Shown here piece by piece: positions 16,964-26,368 of a stretch of 36,253 nt of DNA. Both the position numbers and the translations under genes were made by a program. This DNA comes from Deltaproteobacteria bacterium. Its GTDB lineage: Bacteria; Myxococcota; Myxococcia; Myxococcales; UBA5297. The number at the start of each line of letters is the position of its first letter. Positions within the stretch are counted from its first letter, which is position 1. The notes under the pieces are model-generated. The model was given only the letters and a program-made list of their open reading frames with translations, was not told the DNA's origin and did not search any database. Location of the stretch: positions 1-36,253 of the forward strand of contig JACRCT010000657.1 in assembly GCA_016218885.1 (NCBI GenBank). Reading direction: 5' to 3'.

Positions 16964-18565
16964 TCAGGCGGCGGCAGCGGCCTTGCGTCGACCCGCCTCT
17001 CGGGAGCGGCCCGCCTGGGTGTTCTCCGGACGCAGCCGGCGCTGCAGGACCCCGAGGGTCGCGGCCGCCAGGGCCAGCCATCCGAGCATGTCGCCGAGGA
17101 GCCCGTAGACCGTGGCGCCGCCGGTGATCATCGGCACGTCCCGCACCAGGGTCTCTTCGGTCTCGAAGCCGCTGCGCTGCACCAGCCTGCCGCTCGAGTC
17201 GATGAAGGCGCTGATGCCCGTGGCGGTAGAGCGCACCAGCCAGCGGTGGTGCTCCACGGCGCGGAAGACCGAGAGCGCGAGGTGGATGGGCGGCTCGGCG
17301 GGCCCATACCAGGAATCGTTGGTCCCGTTGAACATCGCGTGCGGGCGCGTCCCGGCCTCGTCGAGGGGGCCCATCAGGTCGCGGATGTGGCGCGGCAGGA
17401 TGTCCTCGTAGCAGACGTCGGCGGAGAGCCTCCAGGGGCCCACGGGCAGCGGCGCGAACGAGGTGCCGCGCTCGTACACCGAGAGGTAAGGCAGGATCTT
17501 CATCTTCAGCAGCCAACGGAAGAAGCCGGGGAAGGTCTCGTAGCCGGGCAGGTACTCGCCGAAGACGAGCAGCTGCACCTTGTCATAGGCGGCGACCGTC
17601 TCCCCGCCCGGCGCAATGGCCAGGATGCTGTTCCAGACCCGGGCCCTCCCGCCCTCGGGGTTGGGCTCGCCGCGCAGGGCCCCCACCAGCATGGGGACCT
17701 TCACCTCGGTGGCGACCTTGCCGGTGAGGTTGGCTTTGCCCATCACCAGCCGGTTGAGGCCGCTCTCGGGCCAGACCGCCAGCCCCAGCCCGGGGATGCG
17801 CATCGCCTCGTCGGTCATGTCCCGATAGCGGCGGATGCCGGCCTCGGCCATCTCGTGCTTCGCGCCCGCCCCCACGTTCGCCTGGATGATCGCCGTCTTG
17901 AGGGTCGGCGCGGCCCGCTCGGCGGCGTCGTTCTGACCCATTCGCACCCAACCGTAGACGAGCGTGAAGGCCAAGGCCCCGGCCGCGGCGAGGGGCAGGG
18001 CGCGCGGGAGGGGACGGCGGTGGAGGCGGGCGAGGATGACCTCGGCCACCGCGCCGCTCACCAGCGCGATGAACCCCGACAAGAGCAGCACGCCGCCGAG
18101 GTCCACGACCTGGATGAGCAGCGGAACCCAGGCCTGCGAGTTGGCGGTGTAGCTGGGAAAAAGCAGGGGGAAGGCGAACTCGGTGGCCACCAGCGCCACC
18201 GGCGCGGTCCAACCGATGGCGATGCCGGTGCGCCGGTTCAGCTTCCAGGCCAGCCAGCCAAAGACGGCCAGCAGCGCACCCTGCCCCAGGCACAGCAGCA
18301 GGTAGCCGAGCACCGAGAGCGGCAACGGGAGGAACGCGAAGGTCTGCAGCAGGTGGACGACCCAGTAGTACCCGCCCAGGTGCGTGACGAAGCCCATCCA
18401 CCACGAGAGCAGGAAGGCGCGCCGGCCGGTCTGGATGCCGTCCAGGGCGACGAGCAGCGGCACGAAGGCGACCCATTCCAGGTACCACTGGTCGAAGCCG
18501 ATGAAGCCCACGAAGTAGAGCACGCCGGAGAGCGCGGCGAGGCCGATGGGAAGGAGCTTGCGCAC
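16964..18565 (-). CDS. lnt: Apolipoprotein N-acyltransferase
   Basis: Multi-TM N-terminus; nitrilase triad in WPE, YDKVQLLVFGEYLP, VCYEDI; also TNDSWYG, RAVE, TGISAFID. Start approximate. Confidence 0.93.
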   Translation of the reverse strand: MRKLLPIGLAALSGVLYFVGFIGFDQWYLEWVAFVPLLVALDGIQTGRRAFLLSWWMGFVTHLGGYYWVVHLLQTFAFLPLPLSVLGYLLLCLGQGALLAVFGWLAWKLNRRTGIAIGWTAPVALVATEFAFPLLFPSYTANSQAWVPLLIQVVDLGGVLLLSGFIALVSGAVAEVILARLHRRPLPRALPLAAAGALAFTLVYGWVRMGQNDAAERAAPTLKTAIIQANVGAGAKHEMAEAGIRRYRDMTDEAMRIPGLGLAVWPESGLNRLVMGKANLTGKVATEVKVPMLVGALRGEPNPEGGRARVWNSILAIAPGGETVAAYDKVQLLVFGEYLPGYETFPGFFRWLLKMKILPYLSVYERGTSFAPLPVGPWRLSADVCYEDILPRHIRDLMGPLDEAGTRPHAMFNGTNDSWYGPAEPPIHLALSVFRAVEHHRWLVRSTATGISAFIDSSGRLVQRSGFETEETLVRDVPMITGGATVYGLLGDMLGWLALAAATLGVLQRRLRPENTQAGRSREAGRRKAAAAA

Positions 18566-18731
18566 GGATGGCACGATAGGGGGGCTCACGACGGACGGTC
18601 AACGCACAACTCCTCGCGGGCACTCCGCTTTTCGTTGGGCGAGAATTGACCGGTGCGCGAGGCCGAACCTATCCTGGAGAGCCTTTTCGGCCCATCAAAC
18701 CAGTGGCGGGAGCAGGCTCGCGAGCCTCAGG

Positions 18732-20522
<1,791 letters not shown>

Positions 20523-20575
20523 ACCGGGTCCATTCGTTCCTCGCGGGATTGGCAGCCCGACTGGTCCGCGCCAAG

Positions 20576-21493
20576 ATGCGGCGCATGAGCGCTCCCCTCG
20601 CCGTCCTCCTCCTCGCGAGCTTGCACGCGGCGCCCGCCGAGGCCGGTACAGGCACCCCTGCCGGGACGAGCGGCGACGTGGCGGTGCTGATCATCAGGCG
20701 CGCGGGTTTGCCGCGCCCCCCCGCGAACGACCTGGCGGTCCGGGTGGCCAATGGCCTGAGAGCCGCGGGGGTGAGGGTCCCCAGGTCGACGGCGGAGCTC
20801 CTCGTGGATCTCAAGAAGGCGGCGGTGGCCGATCCCGAGAGCTGCGTCGGGGACAAGCGCTGTGCCCAGGCTCTGGGGGCCAAGCTGCGCGTCGGTGCGG
20901 TGGTGGGCATCGAGGTCGGCGCGCTCGGGCTGTCGGTGGCGATTCACCTGGAGGCGCTCTCCGTCGCCACAGGGGAGAGCCTGGTGCAGTTCGACCAGCT
21001 CCTGCCGCGCGATCAGCTCACCAGCCTTCCCGGGTTCGACGTCTTCGCCAACAGTCTCCAGGAGGCGCTCCGGCCTCCACCGCCTCCGCCGGTCGTCCTC
21101 GCAGGCGAAGCCCCACGGGGCGTGGACGCGCCCAGGATGGTGGACTCCCGCTCCCCGCCTGAGCAGGACCAGCCCACCGGCCCGTCCCCTGAAATGCCCC
21201 CGGAGGCCGTGGCCGCGCCCCTCGGGGGGCAAGGAGGGCGCACCGCGGGGTATGTGATGGCCGGGACCGCCGCTGCCGCCGCCGTCGCCGCCGTGGCTTG
21301 CGCCGTCAGCGGCCTGATCCTCAAGCCCGCGCTCGATGGCGAGCCCATCGGTGACACGGGGAGGAGGCGCGTCGACATGACCCTGGCCGAGGCAGAGTCG
21401 CGGCGCGACACCGCGAACGCGCTCTTCACCGCCAGCCTCATCACCGGGCTCGTCGCAGTGGCTGCTGGCGGGACCGCCGTCTTCGTCTGGTAG
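20576..21493 (+). CDS. Exported/membrane hypothetical protein, probable partner of the kinase
   Basis: Signal peptide, C-x5-C 'AQALG' domain, Pro-rich linker and two C-terminal hydrophobic helices ending VFVW. This architecture is common downstream of myxobacterial kinases. Confidence 0.75.
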   Translation: MRRMSAPLAVLLLASLHAAPAEAGTGTPAGTSGDVAVLIIRRAGLPRPPANDLAVRVANGLRAAGVRVPRSTAELLVDLKKAAVADPESCVGDKRCAQALGAKLRVGAVVGIEVGALGLSVAIHLEALSVATGESLVQFDQLLPRDQLTSLPGFDVFANSLQEALRPPPPPPVVLAGEAPRGVDAPRMVDSRSPPEQDQPTGPSPEMPPEAVAAPLGGQGGRTAGYVMAGTAAAAAVAAVACAVSGLILKPALDGEPIGDTGRRRVDMTLAEAESRRDTANALFTASLITGLVAVAAGGTAVFVW

Positions 21494-21564
21494 CCGCTCG
21501 CGCCGCCACTTCTCCGAACCCGGCCGAGCCGGAACTAACGTGGGTGTCGGCGACGGCTACAGGC

Positions 21565-21694
21565 TCTAGACCCCAGGCTTCAGGACGAGCGGCCCCAGGC
21601 CACCAACTTCGCAGAATCCAAGGCTTTTCCTGGGTCTGAAGCCTGGAGCCCGAAGTCCTTGCCATCTTGCGCACGATTTCCCGACGAAGGGACC
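21565..21694. repeat. Dispersed intergenic element, copy 2 (inverted heptamer arms + TCCCGACGAAGGGAC end)
   Basis: Left arm AGACCCCAGGCTTCAGG..GCCCCAGGCC, right arm CCTGGGTCTGAAGCCTGGAGCCCGAAGTCC; 15-bp core at 21679-21693. Confidence 0.75.
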
Positions 21695-21833
21695 AAACAG
21701 ATCTCGCCCCAACGCCGTCGCAGAACACGATGCCGGCACGCAAACGTGCTGTAATAGCAACGTTTTCGCGGCTGGCACGACAATCGAGTCGGCGAAAAGC
21801 TCGCTTCCTCTCGACGCACCAGCGGAGCAGGCA

Positions 21834-24800
21834 ATGAAAGTCACCGGCTCGAGACCCAGCAGTGTGCCCACTCCGGCAGCTTCATCCTCTCCCGGGAAGA
21901 CCGCTCCGAGGAGTCCGGCTCAGAGCGCCAAGGTGCCGGTCGCTCCCGGCGATCGCTTCGAGTCCACGCCTTCCTCGAACCAGGCGGCGGGGACGGGAGC
22001 CGGCAAGCTCCTCGATACCGTGCAGCCCGATGCCCTGGTGTCATCGGTGCTCTCGTCGTTCGATTCCTCGACGGTCGTCAGCATCGACGACCTGCAGCTG
22101 CTCACCGCCGTCAACGATGGGACCGTGACCCTCGACGTGCCGCTCAAGGCGGGCAAGCACGACGTCAAGGGCATCTCTTTCGAGATCAAGCCAGGCACCG
22201 TCGCCCACGTGGAGGTGGAGGTCAGCGGCGGCAAGCTGGTTCCCGCGCGCGACCGCGACGGCTCCTCGACCGGACGGGGCTGCAAGGTCGACATCCGCCC
22301 GCCCGTGGACCTGCCGTTGTGGCTGAGCGGCAACGGCGCCTACCTGCGCGACCGCGGCGCTGCCCAGGGCGCCTTCAAGGCGGACATCGGTGGCTTCTTC
22401 GACATCAACGTCCAGAAGACCGACCTCGATCTCGCCTCGGTGGTTCGCTCGCTGACCACTCAGAAGCCGGAGTCGAGTGGCTCGGCCATGCCCCCGGGGC
22501 TGTTCGACCTGGGCAAGCTCAGCTTCTCGGGCTCGGTCACGATGCGCGACGACCGCATGGAGCTCGGCTCGGCGAAGATCGACCTCGCGCCAGGCTCGCA
22601 CCTGCAGGTGAGCGGTGACGCCAACGCGGCTCGCCTCTCTGGCCAGGTCAACCTGCGCGGCGCCCAGATCTCCCAGGACGGGGTCAACGCCCGGCTGGGG
22701 CCCGGCTCTGCCGAGATCGCCGCCAGCTATTCGCAGGCCGCCGACGGCACCCTGCAGATCCACACCGCGCTCGAGAAGCTCGACGCCACCCTCGAGGGCT
22801 TCGACCTTTCGCGCAGCCGCCCCGACGGCAAGCTCGACCAGCTCTCTCTGGGCCAGACGCAGGTGAAGGGCGGCAGCCTGGCGCTCGACACTCGAATCAA
22901 GCCCGACGGCAACCACCTGGCGGTCCTGAAGACGGATATTCGCGGCAGCCTCCAGGCCGACGGCGAGCTCAAGAGCGCCCAGCTCAGCATTCCCGACGCC
23001 AAGGACGATGCCGAGGTCCGCCTGGGGGTCGGTCACTTCCAGGGCAAGCTGGAGCTCGCGAAGAAAGCCATCAAGCTCGAGGGCCAGGTGACCGACGCCT
23101 CGGTGGGCGTGAGCGACCTGCAAGAGAAGCGAGCCGGCGCCAGCCTGTCGCTGCATCACGCCAATGCCTCGGGCAACGCCAAGGTCAAGATCGATACCCA
23201 GGCGGGCACGTTCGATGCCCAGGTCCAGGCCAGGTCGTTCGACGCCCTCGTCCAGGACTTCCGGGGCACCCAGGGCTCGCTCAAGCTCGACGTCGCGCCC
23301 ACCTCGGTGCAGGGCTCCGGCTCGGTGAGCCTCAGCAACGCCGGGGTGCGAGCCACCGGCGACCTCAAGGTCAAGGGAGGCATGGACGCGGTCCGCGTGG
23401 AGAGCAAGGCGCTCAAGGCCCAGACCGCCGCCGGCATCCAGGTGGACGGGAGGCTCAAGTCGCTCGTGGCCGAAGGCTCCGACTTCTCCTTGGAGGCCTC
23501 CGCCAACGTCGCCGCCAACCTTCGGGGTGCCAGCTTCCAGATGCGCGACATGCGGGCCGCGGGAGCTGCGCAGTTCACCGGCCACGCCGACGTCCGCGTC
23601 GGGCCCGACGGCGTCTTCGTCACCGCCCCCGACGGGCATCTGGCGGTCTCGGTAGACGACGCGAAGCTCGGCAACGGCGACCTGAAGCTCGATGTGGCCG
23701 CCGGCTCCAAGCTCGACGTCCGGCCGCAGGACATCGCCATCACCGGCGCCGGGACGAAGGTGAAGATCGGGCCCGGGAGCGTGCTCGACGCCTCGCTCGA
23801 CAGCGGAAGGGTCAAGCTTGGCGGGCAGGAGATGGCCCTCGCCAAGGGCAGCCGCGCCCGCCTGGAGGTCAGCTCTGCGCAGACCACTCCCCAGGGCGTG
23901 CAGCTCAAGGGCAGCCTCCAGCTCGACGCCAAGGTGTCCGCCGACCTCGGCCAGTCCGCCGGGCGTCTGGGGTTCAAGGTGGATCAGCTCCCGGGCGAGG
24001 GGCGGGCGCGCATCACCATCCCCGACGTCTCGCTCGCGCCCGACGGCAAGCTGTCCCTCCAAGACGCCCAGGTGCAGCTCGATGCCAAAGTGGGTACGTT
24101 CGTCGCCGCCACCTCGCCCCAGGGCGCTGCCGTCTCTGCCGAGCAGCTCCCCGAGGGAGTGAGGAGCCCGGAGGCGGTCCAGGCCAGCTCCGCCGCGCAG
24201 CTCGCCGGGGTCGACGCGCCTGCCGCCACCACCTTCAGCCCCTTGCAGGTGGCCAAGAAGCTGAAGGATGGGTCCCTGGACCTCACCATCCCTCTGGAGG
24301 GCAAGGTCAAGGCCGCCGGCGTCACCGTGCTCCACGTGCCAAATGGCACGCAGCTTCGCCTGAAGGCGGAGGTCAAGGACGGCCAGCTGGTGCCTGACCA
24401 CACCAGGGTGACCGTGGAGGGCCGCGCCGGTGCGCTGTGGATGAAGCTCAAGGGGGCCTACCTCGACGAGAACAACACCGTGCGCCTGGACATCGAGGGG
24501 TTGCCCAATTTCCCCGTCCCGAAGCTGGGCGAGCTGCCGCTGGACGTCGACACCCTCATCGACCGGCTGGCGCCAGGCCACGGGTCGTCCCCCAAGTCTG
24601 CCCACAACCTGGTCTCCGACCCGATGGACCTGGTCAAGCTCGACCGCACCGCCCTCTCCATCCAGGACGCTGCTTTCAAGGAGGGGGCCATCGTCCTGCC
24701 GGGAGGGTCCATCGACGTGGACGACACCACGCGGCTGAGCGTGAAGGGTGGCCTGCAAGGCGGCACCGTGAGCGGGAAGGTGCAGCTCAAGAACCTGGAG

Positions 24801-25559
24801 TTCGCCCAGGACGGGGTGGCCATCAAGGGCGAGGGAAGCGCCGAGCTCAAGGTCGATTTCAAGCGCGAGCGCGGCTCGGCCAAGGTCCACACCGAGCTGA
24901 GCAACGTCTCTCTCGCCACCGACTACGCGGTGAAGAAGCGGGCCAACGGCGACTACATCCAGCTGGCCAAGGGGCAGCTCGAGGGTGGCTCGCTGCGCGC
25001 CGGCGCCGAGGTCACCCTCGATGCCCAGGGTCGCCCCAAGGGGATGAAGCTGGGCGAGGTGAAGCTCGACATCACCCACTTCAAGGGCGAGGTCTCGGGG
25101 GCGCGCGTGACGGTCCCGGATGCCGACGGAACCGCCCAGGTCGAGCTGGGTCGATCGAGCGTCGAGGGCGGGGTGAAGATCGACGGCAAGCGGATCGAGC
25201 TCAAGGCCCAGGTCGACGAGCTGGACGTGGCGCTTCGCGATTTCGCCGCCAAGCAGAAGGGCGCCGCGGCGAAGCTCGAGGACGCCCGGTTCGTGGGGCG
25301 CGGCAAGGTGGAGCTCTCCACGCAGAAGGGGCTCTCGTTCAGCGCCGAGGCCCAGGGCTTCGAGGCGGTGGTCAGCGAGGCCGCGGCGAATACGAGCAAG
25401 GCGAGCGTCGCCGCGGGGCGCACCCGAATCCAGGGCCGCGGGAACGTGTCCCTGGGCGCCGACGGCGAGCTCAGCCTCAACGGAGAGATGAGCTCGAGCA
25501 GCACCGTGAGCGCCGAGGTCGACGTGGGGTCGCCCAAGCGGCCGGGACGCCCTCGGTGA
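21834..25559 (+). CDS. Large beta-strand-rich hypothetical protein with internal duplication
   Basis: 1241 aa, GGAG SD, alternating hydrophobic/polar pattern throughout, two homologous ~400-aa units, Ser/Pro-rich N-terminus, no Sec signal. Confidence 0.9.
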   Translation: MKVTGSRPSSVPTPAASSSPGKTAPRSPAQSAKVPVAPGDRFESTPSSNQAAGTGAGKLLDTVQPDALVSSVLSSFDSSTVVSIDDLQLLTAVNDGTVTLDVPLKAGKHDVKGISFEIKPGTVAHVEVEVSGGKLVPARDRDGSSTGRGCKVDIRPPVDLPLWLSGNGAYLRDRGAAQGAFKADIGGFFDINVQKTDLDLASVVRSLTTQKPESSGSAMPPGLFDLGKLSFSGSVTMRDDRMELGSAKIDLAPGSHLQVSGDANAARLSGQVNLRGAQISQDGVNARLGPGSAEIAASYSQAADGTLQIHTALEKLDATLEGFDLSRSRPDGKLDQLSLGQTQVKGGSLALDTRIKPDGNHLAVLKTDIRGSLQADGELKSAQLSIPDAKDDAEVRLGVGHFQGKLELAKKAIKLEGQVTDASVGVSDLQEKRAGASLSLHHANASGNAKVKIDTQAGTFDAQVQARSFDALVQDFRGTQGSLKLDVAPTSVQGSGSVSLSNAGVRATGDLKVKGGMDAVRVESKALKAQTAAGIQVDGRLKSLVAEGSDFSLEASANVAANLRGASFQMRDMRAAGAAQFTGHADVRVGPDGVFVTAPDGHLAVSVDDAKLGNGDLKLDVAAGSKLDVRPQDIAITGAGTKVKIGPGSVLDASLDSGRVKLGGQEMALAKGSRARLEVSSAQTTPQGVQLKGSLQLDAKVSADLGQSAGRLGFKVDQLPGEGRARITIPDVSLAPDGKLSLQDAQVQLDAKVGTFVAATSPQGAAVSAEQLPEGVRSPEAVQASSAAQLAGVDAPAATTFSPLQVAKKLKDGSLDLTIPLEGKVKAAGVTVLHVPNGTQLRLKAEVKDGQLVPDHTRVTVEGRAGALWMKLKGAYLDENNTVRLDIEGLPNFPVPKLGELPLDVDTLIDRLAPGHGSSPKSAHNLVSDPMDLVKLDRTALSIQDAAFKEGAIVLPGGSIDVDDTTRLSVKGGLQGGTVSGKVQLKNLEFAQDGVAIKGEGSAELKVDFKRERGSAKVHTELSNVSLATDYAVKKRANGDYIQLAKGQLEGGSLRAGAEVTLDAQGRPKGMKLGEVKLDITHFKGEVSGARVTVPDADGTAQVELGRSSVEGGVKIDGKRIELKAQVDELDVALRDFAAKQKGAAAKLEDARFVGRGKVELSTQKGLSFSAEAQGFEAVVSEAAANTSKASVAAGRTRIQGRGNVSLGADGELSLNGEMSSSSTVSAEVDVGSPKRPGRPR

Positions 25560-25593
25560 GGTGATCCCCCTCGGGAGCCGACTCGTTCAGCCG

Positions 25594-26221
25594 GGAAACG
25601 CGCAGGGGGCCGAGCCCGTCTCCCGCGGCGACAGATAGAGCCTCGCACTGCGCGAACGGCGATTGCGGTGGTGCGGCGGGCGCCGAGCTTGGCATGAAGG
25701 TCGCGCGCCTTGACCACCGGAGAAATCCGGAGGGATCCGAGAAGAATCGCAACCCAAGGGAGATCTTCCGATGCCGAGCAGCACCTGGCCCAACCGCCTT
25801 GCGCGCGCGTTTGCTCTCCTCCGGGGCGCAATGGTCGTCCTGTTTTCCGTATCGCTCATCATCGTGCCCGAGAGGGTGATGGCCGGGAGCTCGACCGAAC
25901 CCGCGCGGTCGCTCGCCCTGGTCTTCGCCAGCCGTTCGATACTTCTGGGAAGCTTGCTCGTCGTCTTGGCGATCAGGGGCAAGAGGGAAGGGCTCGCCTG
26001 GGTCCTCCTGGCCGATGCAGCGCTCCAACTCTTCGATACCGGAATGGCGCTTGCGACGCACAAAGGCGCGTTGGCGGTCCTCCCGGCCGCCTTGGGCGCG
26101 ATGGACGTCTGGGTCGCTCTCTTCCTCCTGCGCGCGGCACGGGTGCCACCAGCCTCGCCTGCCCATTGACGGGAGGGCCTCGCTTGGACCGCCAGCCTCG
26201 GAAACGCGCAGGGGGGCGAGC
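25594..26221 (+). repeat. 22-bp direct repeat pair (25594-25615 and 26200-26221)
   Basis: GGAAACGCGCAGGGGGcCGAGC versus GGAAACGCGCAGGGGGgCGAGC, 21 of 22 identical. Confidence 0.85.
25771..26169 (+). CDS. Small four-TM membrane protein (DUF4267-like)
   Basis: Four hydrophobic segments; 'FASRSILLG...LADAALQLFD' resembles DUF4267; GGAG SD upstream. Confidence 0.7.
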   Translation: MPSSTWPNRLARAFALLRGAMVVLFSVSLIIVPERVMAGSSTEPARSLALVFASRSILLGSLLVVLAIRGKREGLAWVLLADAALQLFDTGMALATHKGALAVLPAALGAMDVWVALFLLRAARVPPASPAH

Positions 26222-26368
26222 TGGGAGTGGATGCCCTCCCGATCGTGTGTTGAGAGATCCCGCTCACCCCCCACGACCTGCCCCGGAGACGGCAGCGCCT
26301 GCATCGCTTGCCGCTCCCCAGCCCCGCTGCCGTGCGCGGCTCCCTTTGGGATCGACCAGGCTTCTTTG

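Noticed and set aside
21773-21790. Possible sigma-54 promoter TGGCACG-acaa-TCGA upstream of the 1241-aa gene
   Set aside because: The -24 box is perfect but the -12 box has GA instead of the conserved GC; too weak to call.
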